Shown one piece after another: positions 52,399 through 61,996 of a stretch of DNA of 64,000 bases. The position numbers and the translations under genes were made by a program. The stretch is taken from positions 224,001 to 288,000 of the forward strand of contig CAXXVK010000043.1 in the NCBI GenBank assembly GCA_963676915.2, given 5' to 3'. Source of the stretch: Myxococcota bacterium (GTDB lineage Bacteria; Myxococcota_A; SURF-8; G963663525). Each line of letters opens with the position of its first letter. Position 1 is the first letter of the stretch. The notes beneath the pieces were generated by a model that was not told where the DNA came from, ran no database searches, and saw only the letters and a list, made by a program, of their open reading frames with translations.

Positions 52399-53551
52399 AT
52401 GAATCGCTTTTCGATAATCCTTTCCATGTGCCTCTTATCCCTGATTTTTTTGGGATGCAGCGACGATGGCGGCAACAATGATGGTAACAACAATAACAAT
52501 CAGCCGGATGCTTCTGACGATGTGCAGGTGCTCCCGACGGGTACCGAGACCTCGGAACACAGCTACCAGTTTCCGATGCCGATCGAGGATGACGGCAAAC
52601 CTGATTCTGGGGTATCTGGATCGTGAAACAACCACAGGGATCTATACCTATAACACAGCCCAGAAAGAGCACACCACGCTGATTCGTGGACAATACGAGC
52701 TTTCCGTTGGAACCTATGCGGCGACCAACCAGTATTTCGTCTGGCAGTCTGGTGCCACCGAGTTGACCCGGCATTGGGTGACCGGAACCGTTGTACCGTT
52801 GACGACCCACGGCAGCCCGGTGTCCGGGATGTGCATCCTTTTGGAATCCCAGTTCGACAACATTTACGAGGATAGCCTCGTATATGCCACCGAAGATCGC
52901 CAATTCGCCAGGGTTTCACTGACAACCTTTGCCGAAATCGACAATTCCTGGCCTTTGATCGATCCTGGAAGCGAAGAGCGGGAGCGCATCGAACCGGCGG
53001 CGATGGCTTGCGATACCCGCGAAGGGCGGGCCGTGATCGTTACCGAGGATGGTCGTTTGTTCGGCTTGGATCTCGACACGTCCGATGGTCCCGAGTTGGA
53101 ATTGCTGGTCGATTCCGGAATGCGCAATATCGAGCAACTTCAGTATGTCCATCCCTGGGTGGTCTGGACGAATCTCGATGGCGACATCATCGCCGACAAC
53201 CTCGACCAGACGGCGGGTCAGCGCCGAATCGCCAAGGTCGATCCGCCCGATACGGGAACGGTTTCCAAAGTGACCGATATGCGGCTTTTCCCCGCTTACG
53301 AGGGCGACACCCTGCACGGACCATTTGTTACGTGGTCGAGCGATCTGAACGTCAAATACGATGTATTCTGGCTGGATCTGATGGCTTTCGAAACCGATAC
53401 CAAATACAACACGCTGCTTGAGTTGCCCGGTGATGAGCACGACCCGGCCATTTACGGCGATGCCGCCACGCAGACCTACACCATCTACTGGAGCGGCAAG
53501 GAAACCGACAGCGACCTTTACAAGATCATGTCCCGTACATTGATCGAATGA
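52399..53551 (+). CDS. Hypothetical lipoprotein (beta-rich), frameshift near 52590
   Basis: AAGGAG RBS, lipobox FLGC in ORF 52393..52626, body in ORF 52466..53551; paralogous to the next gene. Confidence 0.65.
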
Positions 53552-53555
53552 TGCA

Positions 53556-54794
53556 ATGAAAACAGGTATTTCTATGACCGGACCCCAACGGCTAGTCTGT
53601 CTTGGACTGTTCCTCTTGTTGGCAGGATGCGGAGGTTCTTCCTCTGATGGCGGTAGTGCAGGCGACGCTTGCCAGTCCGTCGATGACTGCGGCGGCGACC
53701 TCGTTTGCTATCAAAGTGTTTGCACCGATCCTGCCGACGTACCCCAGGACAACGACGACCTGAGCCGTTCATTGCTGATTTCCGAAGAAAACATCGATGC
53801 ATCTGCGGATCTGCTGTTTCCTTTCGAAGCGACCAAAAGTGGTGAAACGGTTGTCTATTTCCTCGAAAACGTTTCGGGAAGTTCTACGCTAAAAGCTTAT
53901 TTTCCAGACGACGGCAGTGTGGAAGAACTCAGTACTTCCGGGTTCGAATCCGCTGTGGGACAGGTTGTGGCCGGTGACAAGGAAATCGCCTGGAAGACCG
54001 ACACCAAAAGCCTCTCCCGCTATGCCTGGCTGGATCGTACGTTGGAATCCTACGAGTCCGAACGTCAGACGGTGCCGGGAATCTGCATTCGCAAAAAGCC
54101 GGGAACCGCAGGACAGACCCGCGAAGTGATGGTGTTGACCGACAACAGCAAAATTCACTTGTTGGATACGAACGGTTTCGATCAGGTCGAGTCGGTCGAT
54201 CTGGATGACCCGGAAAGCGATGACAAGCGCGACCTCGGACCGCTGGCTTTTGCCTGCGACGTCGAAGAAGAAATCGCCGTGATTTTCGGCAAAGATGGCC
54301 GGGTGTATTCCATGGATCTGTCGACCGATGATTTCGCGCCGCAAGTGCTTGATTCCGAACTGAATATCGTGGATGGTGGCCTGGCCGAAATCGACCAGCT
54401 TCAAGTCGTGTATCCCTGGGCAGTCTGGATGGATCGCCGGGGAGATATCTGGGGAATCGATCTGGAAAACGGAACCGAAGCGATAAAGCTGGCTGTTCCC
54501 GATCCCCAAACGGTTGGGATCGTCCGCGTGGAAGATATGCGGCTTTCTAAAGAGGTGGCCGGTCAGGGGCCGTTCGTGACCTGGACCAGCAATCTGGGGG
54601 GTAGCATTGACGTTTACGTTCAGGATCTCGCAACACGCACGAGCGAAACCGATTATCGGAAAATCCACCTGGTCGGTGTAGAGAAATGGCCTGCGGTGAT
54701 ATCCTCGACTTCGGGACCGGAGTTGATCTGGTGCGGCAGGGAAGACGATACGGACGTGTACCGTATCTATCGGGCATTGTTGGGGAATCCGTGA
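53556..54794 (+). CDS. Hypothetical lipoprotein (Cys knot plus beta-rich domain)
   Basis: Lipobox LAGC; C..VDDCGGDLVCYQSVC; paralogous to the preceding gene. Confidence 0.7.
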   Translation: MKTGISMTGPQRLVCLGLFLLLAGCGGSSSDGGSAGDACQSVDDCGGDLVCYQSVCTDPADVPQDNDDLSRSLLISEENIDASADLLFPFEATKSGETVVYFLENVSGSSTLKAYFPDDGSVEELSTSGFESAVGQVVAGDKEIAWKTDTKSLSRYAWLDRTLESYESERQTVPGICIRKKPGTAGQTREVMVLTDNSKIHLLDTNGFDQVESVDLDDPESDDKRDLGPLAFACDVEEEIAVIFGKDGRVYSMDLSTDDFAPQVLDSELNIVDGGLAEIDQLQVVYPWAVWMDRRGDIWGIDLENGTEAIKLAVPDPQTVGIVRVEDMRLSKEVAGQGPFVTWTSNLGGSIDVYVQDLATRTSETDYRKIHLVGVEKWPAVISSTSGPELIWCGREDDTDVYRIYRALLGNP

Positions 54795-54825
54795 TTTTTA
54801 CCGCTTGACGGGAGGGGACGAATTC

Positions 54826-55761
54826 ATGCCGGGAATCGGCGTCATCAACAATCCGCGTTCTCGTCAGAACGTCAATCATCCGGATCGAATTCGGAAACTG
54901 GGGTACTATCTGGGGCAGGATGGCGCCAGCAAATCCACGTTTTCGTTTAGCGATATCGAGTCCTGTGCGAGAGATTTCAAAAAACGGGGTATCGATATTT
55001 TGGCGCTCAACGGTGGAGACGGCACCAACCACGTAACGTTGACCAAATTCATCGAAGTATACGGTGACGATCCTCTGCCGAAAATCGCCCTGTTGCGAGG
55101 TGGGACGCTCAATACCATCGCCGACGGGTTCCGAATCAAAGGCAAACCCCAGTATTTGATGTTCAATCTCGTCGAGAAATATCACAACGGTCTGCCGTTC
55201 GAGATCGTCAAACGCCGACCGATGCGCATTGGGGATAAATACGGGTTCATTTTCGGCAATGGGTTGGTCGCCAACTTTATGGATACCTATTACGAAACCG
55301 GAACCCCTTCGACGTGGCAAGGCATTAAAACACTGGTTCGCGGTATTGGCAGCACGTTGGTGAAAGGAAAACTTGCTCGGCAATGGATGCGCCCGGTTCG
55401 TGCGAAGGTGACCGTAGACGGAGAAGAAATCGAGTTGAATGAATTTTCCTCGATTCTTTCCGGTACCACGATGGGTATCGGCGTAGGATTCGATATCTAC
55501 TATCGTTGTGCGGAAGATCACGACCGGATGCACGCCATGTTTTTCACATGTTCACCTTTTGGGATTGTGCGGGAACTTCCTGCATTTTACAAAGGGCGTC
55601 AGGGATTGCATCCGAGGGTGGGATTCGAAACCACCTGTAAGGAATACATCATCGACGCGCAAGAGCCGTTCAGCTATACTATAGATGGAGACATGTACCG
55701 CTGTGAAAGCGGTAAACTGGAGGTTGGTTTGGGGCCGCTACTGGATATCATCATCCGATGA
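54826..55761 (+). CDS. Diacylglycerol/lipid kinase family protein
   Basis: INNPRS, GGDGT, LRGGTLN, YTIDGD. Confidence 0.85.
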   Translation: MPGIGVINNPRSRQNVNHPDRIRKLGYYLGQDGASKSTFSFSDIESCARDFKKRGIDILALNGGDGTNHVTLTKFIEVYGDDPLPKIALLRGGTLNTIADGFRIKGKPQYLMFNLVEKYHNGLPFEIVKRRPMRIGDKYGFIFGNGLVANFMDTYYETGTPSTWQGIKTLVRGIGSTLVKGKLARQWMRPVRAKVTVDGEEIELNEFSSILSGTTMGIGVGFDIYYRCAEDHDRMHAMFFTCSPFGIVRELPAFYKGRQGLHPRVGFETTCKEYIIDAQEPFSYTIDGDMYRCESGKLEVGLGPLLDIIIR

Positions 55762-56555
55762 GTACTTCGGAGCTTTGGCGCATCGAAGCCGAAGGACTGA
55801 CGCACGTCGGTATGAAGCGGGAGCAGAACGAGGACGATCTCGCTCTGGTTCCGGAAGTCGACTTGTATCTCGTCGCCGACGGGATGGGCGGGCACAACTC
55901 GGGTGAAATCGCCAGCCAGCTTGCCACCAAAACGATCGCCAATTTCGTAAAAGCCACTCTCAAAGACGATGAGATCACCTGGCCGTTTTCTTTGGAAAAG
56001 AAGCATACGCTTGCAGAAAACCGTCTTATCATTGCCGCAAAACTCGCCAACGAACGAATCTGGCACCAAAGTCGCCGAAACAATTTGTACCTGGGAATGG
56101 GAACGACGCTCGTCGGTCTTCAACTGATCGACAACAAGATTCATGTGCTCAACGTCGGAGATAGTCGCTGCTATCGTTTTCGCAAGGGAAGTTTGGAGCA
56201 GCTTACCGTCGATCACAGTTTGCTCAATAGTATGATCCAGTTGCACCGCATTCGTCCCGAGGATGCTGCGAGCTTCCCCCATAAAAACGTCATCATGCGT
56301 GCGCTGGGTATTCAGGCGAGTGTCAAGCCGGATGTGTTTTGCTACGAACCCCAGGAAGAAGATGTCTTCCTGTTGTGCTCGGACGGCTTGAGCGATCTGG
56401 TAAAAGATTTTGAAATTCAAGGAGTTTTGGATAATTCGCCCAGTTTGGTACAAGCGTTGAAAAATCTCATTCGTTTTGCGAATCAAAGAGGCGGCAAGGA
56501 CAATATTACCGTCGTGGCGCTCAAACTGCATCGCAAAGACGAGGGCGATTCGTAA
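55758..56555 (+). CDS. PP2C-family Ser/Thr phosphatase (Stp1/Pph1-like)
   Basis: G.KREQNED, VADGMGGH, GMGTT, NVGDSR, LCSDGL, GG.DNIT. Confidence 0.93.
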   Translation: MSTSELWRIEAEGLTHVGMKREQNEDDLALVPEVDLYLVADGMGGHNSGEIASQLATKTIANFVKATLKDDEITWPFSLEKKHTLAENRLIIAAKLANERIWHQSRRNNLYLGMGTTLVGLQLIDNKIHVLNVGDSRCYRFRKGSLEQLTVDHSLLNSMIQLHRIRPEDAASFPHKNVIMRALGIQASVKPDVFCYEPQEEDVFLLCSDGLSDLVKDFEIQGVLDNSPSLVQALKNLIRFANQRGGKDNITVVALKLHRKDEGDS

Positions 56556-56742
56556 GAAACTCCTTAGAACCAGAGGGAAAATAAACATACGGAGAATTTG
56601 TAGAATCCCAACCTGAAATTTCTGAAAACCGGGTGGAATAGAAATCGGATTTGCGAAAAAGAAGGAAAATGCAGCTTCTTTTTGCAAACTGTCGTTCGTT
56701 TGATATAAAATCACCCATCACCGGAAGGAAAGGGCGGTACAC

Positions 56743-57474
56743 ATGCGAACGGGTATCATTTCCGATCTACATAGTAATTTACAGGCAACCGAAAAAGTTT
56801 TGGAATACATGCAGACGTTGAGTATCGACCGCTGCATTTGCCTGGGCGATCTCGTAGGCTATGGTGGAAACCCGGAAGAGGTCATGAATCTCGTGACCCC
56901 GGTAACTCAATTCACCGTAATGGGTAATCACGACGCGGCAGTTGCCGGACAGATGGATTACAACTATTACTACGAAGCCGCCAAACAGGCGCTGGACTGG
57001 ACACGAGCGGCTTTAAGTGAGAAAAATCTCAATACTCTCAACAAGTTGCCCTACTTCCGCAATGAAGATAACGTCTGTTACGTACACGGCGAGCCGATCA
57101 ACCCGGAAGTGTTCAACTACGTTTACACGCTGGAGCAGGCCGAGAAACTGGTGCTCGATTATGACAGCATCAAGAACGTAACTTTCGTCGGACACTCGCA
57201 TTTGCGGCGCATTTATGAAATCCGACCGTCCAACGCGGTGGAATACTCCGTCGAAAACATCAAGCTCGATCCCAACAAAAAATACGTCATCGCCGTGGGA
57301 AGTGTCGGACAACCCCGCGATTTCGACACCCGCTCCAGTATGGTGGTTTGGGACGACGAAACCCGGATGATCGAATGGCACCGTGTGGAATACGACATCG
57401 ACGCCGCCGTTGAGGCGATTTTGAAAGCGGGACTTCCCGAGTATTTCGCGGCGCGGTTGTACTCCGGTTCCTAG
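56743..57474 (+). CDS. Calcineurin-like metallophosphoesterase
   Basis: SDLHSN, LGDLVGYG, GNHD, VHG, GHSH, GSVGQPRD. Confidence 0.9.
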   Translation: MRTGIISDLHSNLQATEKVLEYMQTLSIDRCICLGDLVGYGGNPEEVMNLVTPVTQFTVMGNHDAAVAGQMDYNYYYEAAKQALDWTRAALSEKNLNTLNKLPYFRNEDNVCYVHGEPINPEVFNYVYTLEQAEKLVLDYDSIKNVTFVGHSHLRRIYEIRPSNAVEYSVENIKLDPNKKYVIAVGSVGQPRDFDTRSSMVVWDDETRMIEWHRVEYDIDAAVEAILKAGLPEYFAARLYSGS

Positions 57475-57478
57475 GAAC

Positions 57479-58186
57479 TTGTTCGACGTGAAATGGAGCT
57501 ACGTTCCCAATCTTCCCTATAACCGAGCATGGGCCTGGCAGCGCAATCTCCAGCGTCGTTTGTCCGAACATCGCGATATTGCCGGATATCTTCTGCTGAC
57601 CACTCATCCGCCAACCTTAACTTGTGGGCGGCGGATTTCCCCCGAACAACTGCCGTTTTCCGTCGAAGAATACGCTCGCCGGGGTATGGCGGTCGTGCAG
57701 TCGGATCGTGGGGGACTCGCGACCTACCACGGTCCCGGTCAACTGGTGGGATACCCGGTGGTTCGGCTTTCCAGTGTGGGAGCGCAAGGGGCGAGAGCGT
57801 TGGTCGAAATGTTGGAAAACGTGTTGGAAAAAACCTGTGAGTGCTGCGGAGTGGTAACGCACCGTGACCCGGAACATCCCGGAGCCTGGGTGGAAAATCG
57901 CAAAATCGGTGCGTTGGGACTGCGTATCCGGCAGGGGATTTCGATGCACGGGTTTTCGCTCAACGTGAACAACGATCTCGATGTGTACGATTGGTTCACG
58001 CCTTGCGGTATTGCCGATCGGGGTGTTACAACGCTTCGTCAATGCGGTAGTTCCTGTGGGATGGAAGAAGTCCTGAACCACACGATTGCAAGTCTTGCCG
58101 AGGTTTTCGGCGTAAGGCTGGAGAACGATTCCTTACCCGGATGTCCTTCGATGAACGAAAAGGATTGGATCGAACATGAGAATTGA
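57479..58186 (+). CDS. lipB: Lipoyl(octanoyl) transferase
   Basis: HPPTLT.GR, DRGGLATYHGPGQLVGYP, RKIGALG, HGFSLN, TPCGI. Confidence 0.92.
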   Translation: MFDVKWSYVPNLPYNRAWAWQRNLQRRLSEHRDIAGYLLLTTHPPTLTCGRRISPEQLPFSVEEYARRGMAVVQSDRGGLATYHGPGQLVGYPVVRLSSVGAQGARALVEMLENVLEKTCECCGVVTHRDPEHPGAWVENRKIGALGLRIRQGISMHGFSLNVNNDLDVYDWFTPCGIADRGVTTLRQCGSSCGMEEVLNHTIASLAEVFGVRLENDSLPGCPSMNEKDWIEHEN

Positions 58187-58817
58187 ACGAAATACACGCT
58201 TCCTGCTCTTGATAATGGGCTTGTTCCTCCTGCTAGGGAATGCGTGTTCGGAAGGACGTTCGTTGAACGAGGAAGGGCTGTTTTCTCAGAAGGATCGGGA
58301 GGAACTGGATTCTCCGATGCTTCAAGACGAGGACGCTCCACCCGTTGAGCGTTACATGCCGCTGAACCTTGGAAATTCCTGGATTTACGACATGAAAAAG
58401 CCCGACTCCAAGGGTGTCATGAAAGTGATGATCGAGAAAAAGCAGAGTGGTTTTTTCGTCGATAATCTGGGCGGGATGCTTCGCCTCGACGCCCGAGGCT
58501 TGCGTGATCCGAGACGCTATCTGATACAAGCTCCCATTGTTCGAGGGGCGACCTGGCAGGTGCAGACATCGATCACGCGCCGCGAACAGTTCGAAATCGT
58601 CGATCTGCACCATGCGATCGAAGTTCCCGCCGGAAGGTTTACCGATTGTCTGCTGGTACGGTGCAAGAGTAGGATCGGCCCGGAGATCTACGAAATCATG
58701 GATTTCGTGTACGCTCCCGGTGTGGGAATGGTGCAAATGAAAACCAGCATCGCCAAAGGAGAAAACCCACCCGAAACGCTGGCCGAAATGCTGCTCAAGG
58801 CGTATCAGATCCCGTAA
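58176..58817 (+). CDS. Hypothetical lipoprotein
   Basis: Lipobox-like GNAC; YMPLNLGNSWIY, VPAGRF.DC, YAPGVG.V. Confidence 0.65.
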   Translation: MRIERNTRFLLLIMGLFLLLGNACSEGRSLNEEGLFSQKDREELDSPMLQDEDAPPVERYMPLNLGNSWIYDMKKPDSKGVMKVMIEKKQSGFFVDNLGGMLRLDARGLRDPRRYLIQAPIVRGATWQVQTSITRREQFEIVDLHHAIEVPAGRFTDCLLVRCKSRIGPEIYEIMDFVYAPGVGMVQMKTSIAKGENPPETLAEMLLKAYQIP

Positions 58818-58976
58818 CGGAAAAACGCTTTTATCTGACAAACCGCGAAACATTGCGCCAAATCCGATTCCTTCGCTCCAAAAACCTCCATTCCCGTTGT
58901 TGAACGCCGCGCCTGATGGTACAGTCGAGGTCGTGGCGCATCGAAGGGGTGCGGCGTTCGAAACGGCAGGTGGATT

Positions 58977-61900
58977 ATGCGGTTGTTTTTGCTTTTTTGT
59001 GGTGTGATTTCGATGTTGTGGCTGATTCCGGCGGCGGGAGCCTCCGAATCACCTGCGATGTGGGAGTCTTGCGACGTGACGCTGGATGGCGCTGTGTTGC
59101 GCACCTGGCTACCGAAGGGCATCGAGTTGTCCGAGTTCGTACAGACGAAAGCGGGCGTCCGGGCGCGTTTGAACGGCGCTGTGGAACTTCTGCGGAACGA
59201 TTTCGTGGCGGACCGGGTGGTGGGTAACCTCGCGCTTCTCAATGGTGGTGTGGGCCGGGTCGATGTAGAGATTCGTTGGGATAATCGTTGGATTCCCTTG
59301 CAGGATTGGCAGGTTGTGCAGGTCGTACCGGAAAGAAACAAGCAGGCGAGAGATACCGCCGCCGAGGATTTCCGCATTGCTGACGAACTGGGTGTTTACC
59401 CCTACGAAGGGCCGTTGTCCGGTCTGACGATTGCCTTGTCTCCGGGGCATGGCTGGACCTGGGACAACGGCGCGTGGCAAACCCAACGTTCATTGATCAA
59501 TTACGTGGTGGAGGATCACTCCAACGCTAGGCTGGTTAATTGGCACGTGATACCGCAATTGATTCGCGCCGGAGCACGGGTGTTTTCGGTGCGCGAGGCC
59601 GATTCGATGACGGAAGAGGTGTTGATTGACAACGATATACCGGCGGAGGGCTATGCTTCCGAAACCGGGTGGTCCGAAGGATCGGGATTGGGTTGGGATG
59701 GTGGAACCTACGATGTCTGTCCTACGACGCAGAACGTTTTGGAACAGGCTTGGGCGACCTATACACCTCATTTTGCCAAGAGCGGCATTCGTGCGGTGTA
59801 TATCTTTTTCCGGGCGGGTGAAAACCGCGTCACCGATGCTCTCGTAGAAATCCGGCATGCGGGTATTACGACACGGCTGGAAGTCAACCAGGAGCGCAAC
59901 GACAACCGCTGGTTGTACCTGGGGTATTTTTATTTCGATGCCGAAGACGACGAGCAGTACCTGAGAATCTCCAACTATTCCGAGCAGGAAGGTTATGTTA
60001 TCGCCGATGCCGTGCGTTTCGGTGGTGGGATGGGAACGCAAACCGGCTACGATCCTCCGGGAACGAATGTTTCGGGGTATCCACGATGGCAGGAAGCCTC
60101 TCGTTATTATTGCAGTTACAATCAGGGACCGGACTGGGCTTGCCGTACGGACACCGACGACCGTACCGGAGACATTACTACCCGCCCGCTGTATTCCCGC
60201 TGGCGAGGTGCGGATCTTTACATCAGTTGGCATTCCAACGCCTTCGATGGGTCCGCCACGGGAACCCGAACGATATCTTATTTGTACGACAGCTCGAACG
60301 CGCTGGCCGATCTCAACCAGGATCTTCGCGACGGAGCCAACGACGCGATGGTGGAAGCGATCCGGGGTGTGTTCGATTCGTCGTGGTTTGGCGCAACCAT
60401 GGAAATGAATCTGGGAGAAGTTCGGGAACTGGCCGACGAAATCCCAGGTTTTCTGATCGAAACCGCCTTTCACGACAATCCCGATGACGCGCTCTACATC
60501 GTCAACCCGGCTTTTCGTTCTCTGGTGGCGCGGGCGGTAATCAAATCGCTGATCGATCACTATTCCCCGGATTCCGGGCTGTATCCTCTTCCCGTACGGC
60601 GCGTTCGTTTGCGGCAGGTGGGCGATTTACGTGTCAGGCTCGAATGGGACGACACCTCCGACCCGGTGTGGCCGGCGATCAGTCAACCCGAGGCCTACCG
60701 GATCTACACGGCGCGAAATCGGGGGCTGGCTTTCGATCACGGAGCCGTTCTCGTCGATGAAAATGCCTACGAAACCGAACTGAATCCTGGAGAAACGACC
60801 TGCTTCAACGTAGCGGCCCTCAACAGCGGCGGCGAAAGCCTTCCTTCCGAAGTGCTGTGCGCTCGCCTGTTCGAGGATTTTTCGGCCAACGGTTTGTTGA
60901 TCAACGGTTTCGACCGCTATGACCGAAGCGTGCAGGCTTCGGACAACACCCGCAACTATCTTGCACGACACGCCGAGGCTATCGCCGCTTCGGGGCGTTT
61001 TTCCTTCGTTTCGAGTTCGAACGAGGCGGTTCGGGATGGTCTGATCGACCTTGCCGATTACGAATTCGTGGATTGGGCGTTGGGCGAGGAAAGCACGGCG
61101 AATCATACCTTCGACGATCTGGAGCGTAGCAAACTCGGAGTGTTTCTGAATGGTGGCGGAAAACTGTTTGTCAGCGGTGCGGAGCAGGGCTGGGATCTCG
61201 TCGAGAAGGGTAACGATGACACCACAGCCTGGTACGAGTCGAGGTTGTCCACGCAGTACGAATCGGATGATGCCGGAACGTATTATTTCCAAGGAGCCTC
61301 TTCGGGTCCGTATCGCGATGTTGGTATCGCGTCGTTCGATGGCGCGAGGACGGCGAGACCTACGATGTGGACTGGCCGGATGTCGTTTCCGCAAAAGATG
61401 GAGCGCAAACCTGTCTCGTGTACTCCGCGTCTTCCGGTGGGGCGGGCGTCTGTCGTGCGGAGGCACCGGCGGTCGTGCACTGGGGATTTCCTTTCGAAAC
61501 GGTGACGGGACGGCTTCGCCGCGCCGCATTGATGCAGCGAACTTTGCATTATCTGGCGGTTTCCGAAGCCTCTGCGGCACAGCCGGAAAGCGAATTGGAA
61601 GGCGACAGCGACGAGGAAGCGGAAGAAATGGAAGTGGAGTGGATCGAAACCGAATGGGCGGAAGAAATACCCGAACCGGATGGTGACGACGACCTCGACG
61701 AGGACAAATACATTCCACCTGCCGATGCCGATCCCGACGATGGGGAAGGAGATTTGATTCCCTGGCCCGAAAGCGAAAATCCTGCCGAAACGGACAGTTC
61801 GGATGTTGTTGAAGAAAAGCCGGACGAGCGGACCTGTCCCGAAGGATTTTACCTCGAAGGCTCGAACTGCGTCCGGGAGGAAACACCTGGAACTAAAGGC

Positions 61901-61996
61901 GGTTGCCGGAGTTTGTCAACATCGAGTGCCTGCTGGCCTCTGGTGTTTCTATTGCTTTCCTTTGTGATCGTGAGGCGGGTTAGAAACAAGGCATGA
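58977..61996 (+). CDS. N-acetylmuramoyl-L-alanine amidase (Amidase_3) with golvesin-like insert, FN3-like domain and MYXO-CTERM-like tail; frameshift near 61350
   Basis: LSPGHG, WHSNA, LIETAFHDN; VIADAVRFGGG; ALNSGGES.PSE; acidic linker then GGC...hydrophobic helix-RRVR. Confidence 0.78.
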
